A stretch of 64,000 nucleotides of DNA, from the NCBI GenBank assembly GCA_963811165.1, contig CAWEQH010000008.1, positions 448,001 through 512,000 on the forward strand, read 5' to 3'. Each line of letters opens with the position of its first letter. Position 1 is the first letter of the stretch. This document shows, piece after piece, positions 20,196 through 31,165 of the stretch. The DNA comes from an uncultured Nitrospiraceae bacterium. Its GTDB lineage: Bacteria; Nitrospirota; Thermodesulfovibrionia; Thermodesulfovibrionales; UBA6898. Under the pieces are notes generated by a model. It did not search any database and was not told the origin of the DNA. It saw nothing but the letters and a program-made list of their open reading frames with translations. The position numbers were made by a program, and so were the translations under genes.

Positions 20196-23100
20196 ATGCA
20201 TTTACACTCGGATTATGTTTCCCTCCATCTGCATACTGAATACAGTCTCCTGGACGGCGCGATAAGGATAAAAGAACTGGTGGAGCGGGCAAAAGAGTTC
20301 AAGATGCCTGCTATCGCCATGACCGACCACGGCTATCTTTTCGGCGCGGTCGATTTTTATAAACAGGTGACGAAGGCAGGCCTCAAGCCGATTATCGGCT
20401 GCGAGGTATATGTTGCGCCCGGCAGCCGTCTTGACAGGGGCGGGACGGAAAACGAGGAGAGCGTCCTTTCACCTGATACTTCTTGCCAGGGACAATGCAG
20501 GATACAAAAACCTTGTCACGCTGGTCACGAAGGCCTATCTTGAGGGGTTTTATTACAAACCGAGGATGGACATGGACCTCCTCGAACAATACAGCGGCGG
20601 GCTGATCGCGCTTTCCGCCTGCCTAAAAGGTGAGATACCCTATTGTCTTCAGAGGGGTCTTGGACGACGGGCAAGGGAGAGGGCGCTCCAGTACAAGCAT
20701 ATCTTCGGCCCGGAGAATTTTTATATCGAGATCCAGGAAAACGGCATGCCCGAGCAGGCCGAGGTGAACAAACAGCTGATAGAGCTTGGCCGGGAACTCC
20801 ATATCGGCCTGGTTGCGACGAATGACTGCCATTACCTGAAAAAAGAGGACGCCAAGGCCCATGAGGTGCTCCTTTGCATCCAGACGGGCAAGACGCTGAA
20901 GGACGCAAACCGGATGAAGTTCAGCTCCGATGAGTTCTATTTTAAGTCACCTGAAGAGATGAAAGAGGCGTTCAAAGACATACCCGAGGCCATTGCGAAT
21001 ACGATCGTCATCGCCGAGCGCTGCAATGTCGAATTCAAGCTGGGCGAAAGTCTCCTCCCCCGGTATAAGGTGGAAACAGGCGAGAACCCCAATGATTTTC
21101 TTGCGGCTCGCGCAGACGGCCTCGAAAAGAAATTCAGCGGTCCAGTGCCTCGAGACGTACAGGGAAAGGTTGAGACTGAACTCGACGTGATCAGAAAGAT
21201 GGGATATGCGTCGTATTTTCTTATCGTCTGGGATTTCATAAGCTATCGCAAGAAGCAAGGGCATCCCCGTGGGGCCCGGCAGGGGGTCTGCCGCAGGCAG
21301 CCTGGTCTCCTACTGCCATGGGATAACGGAGATAGACCCGCTTAAGTATAACCTCCTCTTCGAGCGGTTCTTAAACCCCGAAAGGATAAGCATGCCCGAT
21401 ATAGACGTCGACTTCTGCCAGGACAGGAGGGGAGAGGTCATAACCTATGTCTCGGAAAAATACGGCAAGGACCATGTCGCCCAGATAATCACCTTTGGGA
21501 CGATGGCGGCAAAGGCCGCGATAAGGGATGTCGGCCGCGCAATGGACATGCCGTATGCCGAGGTCGACAGGATAGCAAAACTCGTCCCCAACACGCTTAA
21601 GATCACGATTGAAGAGGCCATGAAAGCCGGAACCCCAGCTCAAAGGATTTATACGAGTCGGATGCCGAGGTGAGGGAACTGCTGGATATCGCGATGAGGC
21701 TCGAAGGGCTGAACAGGCACGCCTCGACGCATGCGGCAGGCGTGGTCATCTCGCCGGTGCCGCTGACGGAATATACGCCGCTTTATAAGAGCCCTTCGGA
21801 TGAAAGCATCATGACCCAGTTCGATATGGGGTCTATCGAGGGGATCGGGCTTCTTAAAGTTCGATTTCCTCGGGCTTAAGACCCTTACCGTAATACAAAA
21901 GACCCTTGAACTATATCAGACAGGGCGGCAGAGAGGTCTCTCTCAAGGACATCCCGCTTGATGACAGGGAAACCTATGAACTCCTCAGCTCAGGCCAGAC
22001 GACCGGTATATTTCAGCTTGAAAGCGCGGGCATGAAGGACATCCTGGTGAAGATGACGCCCAACAGGTTTGAGGACCTGATCGCGCTTGTTGCCCTTTAC
22101 AGGCCCGGCCCTATCGGCAGCGGCATGATAGACGATTTCATAAAGCGGAAAAAGGGGAGGACGGCGGTGAAGTATGACCTGCCCCAGCTTAAAAGAGATA
22201 CTCGATGAGACCTACGGCGTTATCCTCTATCAGGAGCAGGTCATGAGGATAGCGAACAAACTCGCCAATTTTTCTCTCGGTCAGGCCGATATCCTCAGAA
22301 AGGCGATGGGGAAGAAGAACACGAGGCGATGGCAAAGCAGAAGGAGCATTTTGTAACGGGCGCAGTCGCCAACGGCATCCCCGAGAAAAAGGCGACCAAG
22401 ATATTTGACCTCATGGCAACTTTTCGCAGAATACGGATTCAATAAATCCCATTCCGCTGCCTATGCATATGTCTCATTCCAGACGGCGTATCTCAAGGCG
22501 CATTACCCGGTGGAATTCATGGCCGCGACCCTCAGCGCGGACATGTCACGATACCGACAAGATCGTAAAGTCCATAAACGAATGCAGGCAGATGAAGATG
22601 AGATCCTGCCTCCGGACATAAACCTCTCCGGAAGCGAGTTCAGGGTTATGGGCAATTCGATACGGTTCGGGCTCGCGGCGGTAAAGGGTGTCGGAGGCGG
22701 CCGCGATAGAATCGATCGTGGAGGTCAGGATCGGAGGGAGGGCCTTTCAAGTCGATCTCCGATTTTGTCGGGACGGGTCGATACCCGCGCAAGGTGAACA
22801 AGAAAGTGCTCGAGGGCCTTGTAAAGGCAGGCGCCTTTGATTCGCTGGGCGTAACGAGGGCGGCTGCGATGGAGTCTGTCACAGACCTCCTAAACGGCGG
22901 AAGCCGAAAAACGACGGCCAGCAGAGCATCTTCGGTGAGATGCCGCTTGAGACGATACAGGATGCGGCGGAGTGGGAGGAGACGGAATTATTGACCAACG
23001 AGAAAGAGTCGCTCGGCTTTTATATCACAGGCCACCCCCTGTCTAAGTATGATCCCATGCTCAGGCGAACTGAAGGCAAGAAAGACATCGGAGGTTGAGC

Positions 23101-23606
23101 TCGCGGCCGACAAAGAGGATATTTTGATCGGCGGCGTATTGCGGGGTATAAAGAGAAAGAACGTGAAGTCTACCGGCGACATGATGGCATATGTGACCCT
23201 CGAAGACGACGAAGGCAGCGTCGAGGTGATTGTTTTTCCGGAACTATATAAAAGCGTCAATGCACTTCTGAAAAAGGACGTGCTTGTGTTTGTGAAGGGC
23301 AATATTGACAGGGACGAAAAAGGCGCCCGGGTAAGGGCAAGGGAAGTCTCGGCCCTGGAGAGCGTCGGCAACAACGGACTGAAACGGCTTGAGATATCCC
23401 TTAGCGACGGGGAGTCGTGCAGGTCCAGGTTGCAGGAGATACGGTCTCTCGTCTCCCGTTACCCGGGGGATTGTCAGCTTTATCTGAGGATAAGTCTTGA
23501 GGGGTCGCAGGCGCTTATCGCCACGGGGATCAATTTACAACCGGATCAGGCGCTGATCAGCACCCTCGAGAACATGGTGGGAAGAGGAGGCGTTACCGTT
23601 TCATGA
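20196..23606 (+). CDS. dnaE: DNA polymerase III alpha subunit (many frameshifts, probably sequencing errors)
   Basis: Collinear fragments: [16 protein letters not shown] (PHP), [39 protein letters not shown]-fold tail. Confidence 0.95.
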
Positions 23607-24581
23607 TGAGGTTCATACCTTGAATTTGAAAAACCGATTGAAGAGCTCGAAATGAAGATTGAGGAGCTCAGACGCATATCGGACGGGAAGGACATTAACC
23701 TGACCGGGGAGGTCAAGAAACTCGAAAAGAAGGTCAGGGACCTCCGGACCGAGATATTTTCGAAGCTTACGCCCTGGCAAAAGACGCTTCTGGCGAGGCA
23801 CCCCGACCGTCCTTATACGCTCGATTATATTCAGCTCATTGCCGAAGAATTCATCGAGCTGCACGGCGACAGAAGGTTCGCAGACGACAAGGCGATTGTC
23901 GGCGGACTCGCCCTGATAAAGGGCAATCCCGTTGTCATAATAGGCCAGCAAAAGGGCAGAGGCACAAAGGAGAGGATACGGCGGAATTTCGGCCAGCCTC
24001 ACCCGGAGGGATATAGAAAGGCAATGAGGCTCATGGAGCTTGCCGAGAAGTTCAATCGGCCGGTCATTACCTTTGTGGACACCCAGGGCGCTTTTCCGGG
24101 ACAGGGGGCTGAGGAAAGAGGACAGGCGGAGGCTATCGCCGCGAATCTTATGCGGATGGCGAGGTTAAGGACCCCGATCATCTCTATCGTGATCGGGGAA
24201 GGCGGAAGCGGCGGGGCCCTTGCCCTGAGCGTAGCAGACAGGCTTTATATGCTTGAGCATGCGGTCTATTCCGTTATATCGCCCGAAGGTTGTGCGGCGA
24301 TCCTCTGGAGAAAAAACGGAGAATTGCGTTCCGAGGATTTCTCAAAGGCGGCCGAGGCACTGAAACTGACCGCCCAGGACCTGCTGAAGTTCAAGATAAT
24401 AGACGACATTATCGCCGAGCCGACCGGAGGGGCGCACCGGGACATTCAGCAGACCGCACAGAACATTTCCGACCGCATACTGGCGACGATCGAGGAACTG
24501 AGGGGGAAGGCCCCGGGGAAGCTCGTGGAAGAAAGGTATAAAAGGCTCAAAAAGATAGGCAGTTTTGCCGGTGAGGCATAA
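23603..24581 (+). CDS. accA: Acetyl-CoA carboxylase carboxyltransferase alpha (1-nt frameshift near the start)
   Basis: YLEFEKPI upstream of the ORF-track start; [31 protein letters not shown]; follows dnaE. Confidence 0.95.
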
Positions 24582-24662
24582 ATATTATTGAGACTATTTT
24601 AAAATTTGATCACACAGTTTTCGATCATCCATAGGGGTCGGTAAATTCATAACGGAGGAAAA

Positions 24663-25178
24663 ATGAAAAAAATTATTGTAGTGATCGTAATGGTCCTTTT
24701 GGCCGCTTCATGCAAACAAAAAGAAGAACCTAAGTACCAGTTCCCTGCCGGCAATGTCCAGCCCCAGGAAGACACGAAACTTCTCGAGGATTTTGTGAAA
24801 AAGGAGCCCGGAAACGTCGATGCATGGATCAAGCTGGGCAACGCACAGATGGATTCAAGACATTTCAGCGAGGCGATCGGTGCGTATCAAAAGGCGCTTG
24901 CCATCAATCCGAAAAACGTCAATGTGATGGTCGATCTGGGGACCTGTTACAGAAACAGCGGAAGACCGGCTGAGGCGATCAAGGAATACGGAAAGGCCCT
25001 TGAAATTGACCCGGGCCATCTCATGGCCCGCAAGAACCTCGGCATAGTGCTGGCCTTTGATTTACAAGACAAAGCTCAGGCGATCAAGGAGTTCGAAAAA
25101 TACCTGGAGCTTGCCCCGAATGCCCAGGATGCCGGACAGGTCCGGCAGACTATCCAGGCGTTGAAAGCCGGAAAATAG
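24663..25178 (+). CDS. TPR-repeat lipoprotein
   Basis: LAASC lipobox; AWIKLGN/AIGAYQKAL TPR motifs. Confidence 0.85.
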   Translation: MKKIIVVIVMVLLAASCKQKEEPKYQFPAGNVQPQEDTKLLEDFVKKEPGNVDAWIKLGNAQMDSRHFSEAIGAYQKALAINPKNVNVMVDLGTCYRNSGRPAEAIKEYGKALEIDPGHLMARKNLGIVLAFDLQDKAQAIKEFEKYLELAPNAQDAGQVRQTIQALKAGK

Positions 25179-25204
25179 CGGCTTGCACGGCATGTGCGGT
25201 TGAT

Positions 25205-26995
25205 ATGGTGGAAAGACTTTCCAGCGTTCCGACAAAGCCGGGCATTTATATCTTTAAAGACGAAAAAAACAGGGTCCTCTATGTAGGAAAGGCGAAAAAT
25301 CTAAGAAACCGCCTCAGGAGCTATTTTCAGAGGTCCGCCGCCCTCGATGAGAGAAAAGCCGCGATGGCCAAGAGCATAGAGGACTTTGAATTTACGGTTA
25401 CCGGGAACGAACTCGAGGCCTTTATCCTCGAGGCGAACCTCATAAAGCAGTACCGGCCGAGGTACAACATACTCCTCAGGGACGACAAGAGCTATCCTTA
25501 TCTGAAACTCACGGTAAATGAGACATGGCCCCGTATCGAGGTGGTCAGAAGGGTCCAAAAAGACGGGGCCAAATACTTCGGTCCCTATGTCCCCTCCGGC
25601 GCGATGTGGGAAATCCTCTCTTTTATCAGGAATAATTTCACTATCAGGACCTGCAGGTATTCGCTTGAGAAGAGGATGAGGCCCTGCATACAGCATCAGA
25701 TCAAAAAATGCATCGCGCCCTGCGGCGGAAAGGTGGACCATGCGGAATATATGAGCATGGTCAATGAGGTGAGGCTCCTCCTCGAAGGAAAGAACAAGGG
25801 GCTTCTCGATATGCTCGAGAAAAAGATGAAGAGGCTGTCCGATGAGATGCGGTATGAGGAGGCAACACTTGTAAGAGACCGGATAAGGGCCATACGACAG
25901 ATATCGGAGAGGCAAAAGGCGGTGGCCCCCGAACTCGGAGATATAGACACAATCGGCATTTTCCGGGAAGAAGACAGGGCAGTATTCAAAATTTTGTTTA
26001 TAAGAAGCGGGATCATGATAGGGTCCAGGCACTTTTTTGTCGGCAATGTCACGGGTGAAACGGACGGCTATCTTCTTAGGAACTTCATCGGTCAGTTTTA
26101 CGGGAGGGAAATTATCCCGCCGCCTGAGGTCCTCTCTGCATTTCAGCCTGACGATACGGCTGTCCTGTTGTCCTGGCTTTCTGAAAAGCGCGGGTCCCCG
26201 GTAAAGATCACGGTACCCAAAAGGGGGATCAGGCGCGGGCTTGTTGAAATGGCGAGGCAAAACGCGGAAGTCCTCTCACGGAGCGAAAAAGAAACGGGGT
26301 GGAAGTCTACGCTTAGAGAACTGGCGACATTCCTCGGACTAAAAGAAACGCCCCGAGACATCGGGGCCTTTGATATCTCCAATATCTCGGGAAAAGAGCC
26401 TGTAGGGGCCTTTGTGTACTGGTCCGACGGGCGGTTTCAAAAAGACAGATACAGACATATCAGGATGGACGCGGTAAAGGGACCTGACGACTATTCAATG
26501 ATGAAGGAGATGATTCGAAGGACGATCGGGAACCTCGAGGGGAGTATGCCGGACCTTCTGATAATCGACGGCGGAAGGGCGCATCTTGATGCGGCCCTGG
26601 AGGTGCTTGAGGAAAACGGCGCTGCCGAAACCGTGGCGGTGGGGCTTGCCAAGGACCCCGACAGGATCTTCCTGAAGGGGGGGAAGGCCCCTCTCAGCCT
26701 CGAAGACGGCAATGCGCGTTCACTTCTTTTGAAACGGATAAGAGACGAGGTCCACCGCTTCGCGATAAGCTATCATAAAAAGCTCCGCGCAAAGAGGACC
26801 TTCGAATCGCCCCTTGAGAAGATCCCGGGTGTTGCAAAAAAGAGGAGGTTCGAATTGCTCAGACATTTTGGCAGTATAGAGGAGATCAAAAACGCGCCGG
26901 TGGAAGAGATCGCCGCATTGAAGGGGTTTCACCGGAAGATCGCAGAGAAGATCCATGGGGCGTTATCGAAAACCAAAGAAAAGGAGACTTTATGA
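25205..26995 (+). CDS. uvrC: Excinuclease ABC subunit C
   Basis: GIY..YVGKA, DDKSYPY, FDISN, IDGG, RDEVHRFA, HhH tail. Confidence 0.97.
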   Translation: MVERLSSVPTKPGIYIFKDEKNRVLYVGKAKNLRNRLRSYFQRSAALDERKAAMAKSIEDFEFTVTGNELEAFILEANLIKQYRPRYNILLRDDKSYPYLKLTVNETWPRIEVVRRVQKDGAKYFGPYVPSGAMWEILSFIRNNFTIRTCRYSLEKRMRPCIQHQIKKCIAPCGGKVDHAEYMSMVNEVRLLLEGKNKGLLDMLEKKMKRLSDEMRYEEATLVRDRIRAIRQISERQKAVAPELGDIDTIGIFREEDRAVFKILFIRSGIMIGSRHFFVGNVTGETDGYLLRNFIGQFYGREIIPPPEVLSAFQPDDTAVLLSWLSEKRGSPVKITVPKRGIRRGLVEMARQNAEVLSRSEKETGWKSTLRELATFLGLKETPRDIGAFDISNISGKEPVGAFVYWSDGRFQKDRYRHIRMDAVKGPDDYSMMKEMIRRTIGNLEGSMPDLLIIDGGRAHLDAALEVLEENGAAETVAVGLAKDPDRIFLKGGKAPLSLEDGNARSLLLKRIRDEVHRFAISYHKKLRAKRTFESPLEKIPGVAKKRRFELLRHFGSIEEIKNAPVEEIAALKGFHRKIAEKIHGALSKTKEKETL

Positions 26996-27924
26996 ACTTA
27001 TATATATCAGGCTCTCTTGCATACGACAGGATAATGGATTTTCCCGGAAGGTTTTCAGACCATATCCTCCCGGACAAGATCCATATCCTGAATGTCTGTT
27101 TCACGGTAAACGGTATGGTTGAGAAGTTCGGAGGCACCGCAGGCAACGTCGCATATTCGCTCGGACTGCTTGGGGAGCGGCCCAAGGTCCTGGCAGCTAT
27201 CGGAAAGGACTATGGGACGTATTTCGAGTGGCTCCGCCAAAACGGTCTGCCGCTTGACGGCATCAGGGTCGTAGAGGAAGAATTCACCGCAGGGGCGTAC
27301 ATCACTACCGACAGGGCCGACAACCAGATAACCGGCTTCAATCCGGGTGCGATGAAGTATCAAACTGAATATGAGTTCAGCGATGAGGACACGGGCGGTT
27401 CGATATGCCTTATTGCGCCCGGGAACCTCAGGGACATGATAGAATATGCAGCGGCCTGCAGGAACAGAGGGATCAAATACATCTGCGACCCCGGGCAGTC
27501 GCTGACCCAGTGGGACGGCAAGGCGCTCAAGGACTGGATAGAGGGATCGACGCTCCTGGTATCGAATGATTACGAGCTCGAACTCATCATCAAGATGACC
27601 GGGCTTGACAAGAAAGAACTGCTTGGTCTTACGGGGACGATCATTACGACTACCGGGGAAAAAGGCTCTCTTGTAAGCAGTGGCTGTTTGGATGAGGGCA
27701 TCGGAGTCGCAAAGGCAACCGATGTAGTCGATCCTACGGGCGCGGGCGATGCGTACAGGGCCGGGTTGTTGAAGGGGCTTGCCACGGGAAAGGACATGCT
27801 GACTTCGGCCAAGATGGGGGCGGTCGCGGCCTCCTATGCCGTAGAGAAATACGGCACGCAGGAGCACCGGTTCTCTCTTGATGATTTTATGAAGAGATAT
27901 AGGGAGAACTTCGGGGAGCTATAG
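26992..27924 (+). CDS. PfkB-family carbohydrate/nucleoside kinase
   Basis: GSLAYD, FGGTAGN, DPGQ, NDYE, DPTGAGDAYRAG. Confidence 0.9.
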   Translation: MNLYISGSLAYDRIMDFPGRFSDHILPDKIHILNVCFTVNGMVEKFGGTAGNVAYSLGLLGERPKVLAAIGKDYGTYFEWLRQNGLPLDGIRVVEEEFTAGAYITTDRADNQITGFNPGAMKYQTEYEFSDEDTGGSICLIAPGNLRDMIEYAAACRNRGIKYICDPGQSLTQWDGKALKDWIEGSTLLVSNDYELELIIKMTGLDKKELLGLTGTIITTTGEKGSLVSSGCLDEGIGVAKATDVVDPTGAGDAYRAGLLKGLATGKDMLTSAKMGAVAASYAVEKYGTQEHRFSLDDFMKRYRENFGEL

Positions 27925-28097
27925 TACATGGGCGTCTATGAGGCCGTGGATTGTAGAGGTGTCGTAAGGGCCGCCGCCCCTCACTATACTGCTACTGCGT
28001 ATCCTGCCTCACAATACAATTAGCTGCGAGGGAGTTGATAACCGCGGTATCGGCATTTCCATTATGAATACCCCAGCAAAGGCGATATAATTGTGAC

Positions 28098-29138
28098 ATG
28101 ATCAACGAAGAAGCGATCAAGTCCTATCTACGGAAGAAATTCAACGACATCGTCGGCGTCGATATCAGCAAACTCGGGTCAGGGGTGCAGGGTTCGGGGT
28201 TCCATGTAGAGATGAAGACCGCAGTGGGGAGTAGATCATACGTCGTAAAAAGGCTTCTTTCCGAAGGACTCGGACATGATTATCCCTCCGACCGCGCGGC
28301 GGTCTTTCTTTTGGATCTCGATGAATACGGGAACCTTCAGCGTCACGTGAGAGCGGTCGATGTGTTGGCCGAGATGGGCGACGGGACGATCAGATCGATA
28401 GGCGGCGCAAGGGAGTACTATCTTCTTATGGAGAAGGCCGCCGGGACTGATTACTTCCGGGACCTCGGGGCTTTTTCCGAGAAAAAGCGCCTCGACGAAC
28501 ACGATGTAAAGAAAATAGGGGCGCTGGCCGCGTACCTTGCAGAAATCCATTCGGTCAAGAAGGATTCGAAGGCCCTGTATTGGCGAAAGCTGAGGGACAC
28601 CATAGGCCACGGCGAATGCCTGATGGGGGTTTTCGACACGTATCCGGACGGCACGCTCAGTTACGGGGAGATGGCCGAGATAGAAAAAAAGTGCGTGGAC
28701 TGGAGGGCCAGGCTTAAGCCGCTTTCAAAGCGGCTGTCACAGATACACGGAGATTTTCACCCCGGCAATATTTGGTTTCAAAACGATGAAGACTTTATTC
28801 TCCTTGACAGGTCCAGAGGGCCGTGGGGCGAACCCGCGGACGATGTCACCGCACTTGCCATAAACTATATTTTTTTTTCAATCAGGAAGCACGGGGACGT
28901 AAGAAACGCATACCTCGAAGGACTGAAGTTGTTCTTCGACGAATATATCAGAGTATCGGGAGATGGGGAGATACGAGAGGTGGTCGCACCCTTTTTTGCC
29001 TTTAGAGCAGTGGTAGTTGCAAACCCCGTATTTTACCCCGACGTAACTCCCGAAAAGAAAGAGGTGCTCTTAAGGTTTTGCAGAAATGTGCTTGACCGCA
29101 GTGCCTTCGTTCCCGAGGAAGTGAACAGTTACTTGTGA
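28098..29138 (+). CDS. Aminoglycoside-phosphotransferase-like (APH/ChoK) kinase
   Basis: LGSGVQG loop, HGDFHPGNI, LLDRSRG. Confidence 0.8.
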   Translation: MINEEAIKSYLRKKFNDIVGVDISKLGSGVQGSGFHVEMKTAVGSRSYVVKRLLSEGLGHDYPSDRAAVFLLDLDEYGNLQRHVRAVDVLAEMGDGTIRSIGGAREYYLLMEKAAGTDYFRDLGAFSEKKRLDEHDVKKIGALAAYLAEIHSVKKDSKALYWRKLRDTIGHGECLMGVFDTYPDGTLSYGEMAEIEKKCVDWRARLKPLSKRLSQIHGDFHPGNIWFQNDEDFILLDRSRGPWGEPADDVTALAINYIFFSIRKHGDVRNAYLEGLKLFFDEYIRVSGDGEIREVVAPFFAFRAVVVANPVFYPDVTPEKKEVLLRFCRNVLDRSAFVPEEVNSYL

Positions 29139-29809
29139 TTCGAAAACTTCAGATAGTTTTCCCAGACTCCGAGTAATTCTTTGGTGGCCCTCAGATCTCC
29201 CGCGCAATACCTGGCGATATCAACGTGTCTTCCCGCTTGAAAGAGTTCTCCTACCTGATGGCCGGTTATGCCGTCTTCTTTGGGGCTTTTGATGCCGAAT
29301 GCCCTGCACCACATGTCCAGACTGAACTTCCTGCGGGACGCACCGAAGAAGGTGAGCTGGTCGAACAGATCGATATGGGCATCACCGTAGCGGTTCGGCA
29401 TCAGGTCCCTTTTCGGTCTGATCTTATGGACCGCAGAACGCACCATAATAAAGGGGCAGTCGAAGCCCCTGCCGTTAAAGGTGATGAATTGGTCGTAGCT
29501 TTTTACCGCGTCCCAGAACTTTACGAGGATCTCTTCTTCGGTCGCGGTCTCGTAACGGATGCCGTCCTCTTCAAAAGGCAGAAGGGGTTCGCCGGTATTC
29601 TGAAAATAGAGGGCGCCTTTGCCGCTGTCGGGATTGAGCATGCCGATGGCGATAATCTCTCCCGTAAGAGGGTAGAGAGAAAGGCTCTCTTTTACTTCCT
29701 CCTTCGCTTCTTCGGAATCCGCCCAGCGCAGCAAATAATCCTGGACAGGTCTTTCAAGGGAGTCGAAATCTCTTCCGGCCGTCTCTATATCGAATATGAC
29801 GCGGGACAT
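29129..29809 (-). CDS. PolB-related DEDD 3'-5' exonuclease (RNase H-like fold)
   Basis: FDIET, TFNGRGFD, HIDL, YCAGD; start taken at MSRVIFD (29809). Confidence 0.85.
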   Translation of the reverse strand: MSRVIFDIETAGRDFDSLERPVQDYLLRWADSEEAKEEVKESLSLYPLTGEIIAIGMLNPDSGKGALYFQNTGEPLLPFEEDGIRYETATEEEILVKFWDAVKSYDQFITFNGRGFDCPFIMVRSAVHKIRPKRDLMPNRYGDAHIDLFDQLTFFGASRRKFSLDMWCRAFGIKSPKEDGITGHQVGELFQAGRHVDIARYCAGDLRATKELLGVWENYLKFSNHK

Positions 29810-29819
29810 TCTGCGTATG

Positions 29820-29844
29820 GTAGGGGCATGGCATGCCATGCCCC
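29820..29844 (+). repeat. GTAG-type REP (same core as the bioA copy)
   Basis: GTAGGGGCATGGCATGCCATGCCCC in the ctpA-exonuclease spacer. Confidence 0.8.
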
Positions 29845-29852
29845 GGAGTTAT

Positions 29853-31148
29853 TTACTGCTGTTCCTTTTCGGTACTTTTGAATACCTTCCAGGTCTTTAA
29901 GATGTCCACCGCACGCTGGAGCTGGATATCGTCTTTTTCATCCACCTCCAAAGGCGCTGTCTCCACCACCTCAGGCTTCTGTTCCATCTGTTCGTTTTTT
30001 AAGTGCCTTTCGAGGTCCCTTTCCCTGAGGACCGGATGTTCCTTGGCGCCGTTCTTTGCTTCGAGCTTCAGCACGATATCAGGTGTAATGCCGGTGTTCT
30101 GGATCGAAATGCCTTTCGGGGTATAGTACTTAGCGGTGGTAAGCCTGAGACCGGCACCGTCGCTCAGGGGGATCACTGTCTGGACAGACCCCTTCCCGAA
30201 GGTCTGCGTGCCAAGGATAACGGCACGGTTCCAGTCCTTAAGCGCTCCTGCGACTATTTCGGATGCGCTTGCGCTTCCCTGGTTGACAAGCACGATCATC
30301 GGCGCAGTGAAGTTTGTATCGCCCTCGGTCATGAACTCGGACTTTTCGCCGGACCTCGTCTTTGTATATACGACTAGCTTGCCCTTAGGCAGAAATTTGC
30401 TCGCCACATCAATGGCGCTGGTTAAGAGGCCGCCCGGATTGTTTCTGAGATCGAGCACGAGGGAGTTCACTTTTTCCTCGTCCAATTTACTCATGGCGGC
30501 CGAAAGGTCCGAAGCCGTCTGTTCCTGGAACTGGCTGATCTTGATATACCCGATCTTGTCTTCGAGGACCTTTGATTTAACGCTCTTTATCTTGATGATT
30601 TCCCTTATCAGGGTAAAGTCCTTCGGGCCTTCCCAACCCTCACGGAGGATGCCGATGGTGACCGGCGTCTTGGGAGTGCCCCGCATCTTCGTAACCGCGT
30701 CCTCGAGGGACATGTCTTTTGTCGATTCCTTATTGATCTTTACGATCTTGTCTCCGGCCTTGATTCCCGCGCGATAGGCGGGCGTATCTTCGATCGGCGC
30801 TATTACCGTGAGGAACTTGTCCTTTTGGCCTATCTGGATACCCAGGCCGCCGAACTCGCCCTTTGTCTCTACCTGCATTTCCTTATACGCATCAGGAGGC
30901 ATGAAGCTCGAATGCGGATCGAGAGAACTCAGCATGCCCTTTATCGCGCCGTATATGAGGTCCTTGGTCTTTACCTCCTCGACATAATATTTCTTTACCA
31001 TAGACAGGACTTCGGTAAAGGTCTTGAGTTCTTCGTACCCTTCGCCGGCCGCGCTTACGCTGGTTACAGACAACCTCCCGATCGAGACGCTGACCGCCGC
31101 AACCAGGATAAGCAGCATCAAGATCAACGCTGTTTTTTTGCCTTTCAT
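29853..31148 (-). CDS. ctpA: Carboxyl-terminal processing protease, S41 family
   Basis: LDPHS, GLGI PDZ, DLRNNPGG, SASASEI, TFGKGSVQ. Confidence 0.95.
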   Translation of the reverse strand: MKGKKTALILMLLILVAAVSVSIGRLSVTSVSAAGEGYEELKTFTEVLSMVKKYYVEEVKTKDLIYGAIKGMLSSLDPHSSFMPPDAYKEMQVETKGEFGGLGIQIGQKDKFLTVIAPIEDTPAYRAGIKAGDKIVKINKESTKDMSLEDAVTKMRGTPKTPVTIGILREGWEGPKDFTLIREIIKIKSVKSKVLEDKIGYIKISQFQEQTASDLSAAMSKLDEEKVNSLVLDLRNNPGGLLTSAIDVASKFLPKGKLVVYTKTRSGEKSEFMTEGDTNFTAPMIVLVNQGSASASEIVAGALKDWNRAVILGTQTFGKGSVQTVIPLSDGAGLRLTTAKYYTPKGISIQNTGITPDIVLKLEAKNGAKEHPVLRERDLERHLKNEQMEQKPEVVETAPLEVDEKDDIQLQRAVDILKTWKVFKSTEKEQQ

Positions 31149-31165
31149 CTAACTGACCTCCTGAA

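Noticed and set aside
20196..23606. Naturally split or intein-containing dnaE, or a pseudogene
   Set aside because: Fragments are collinear, total length is normal, no intein motifs are visible and breaks are small indels; sequencing error is more parsimonious for an essential gene.
29810..29839. MACHAPTIRR N-terminus of the exonuclease (and ORF 8207..8536 minus)
   Set aside because: These ATGs come from the palindromic REP and are unlikely to be real starts.
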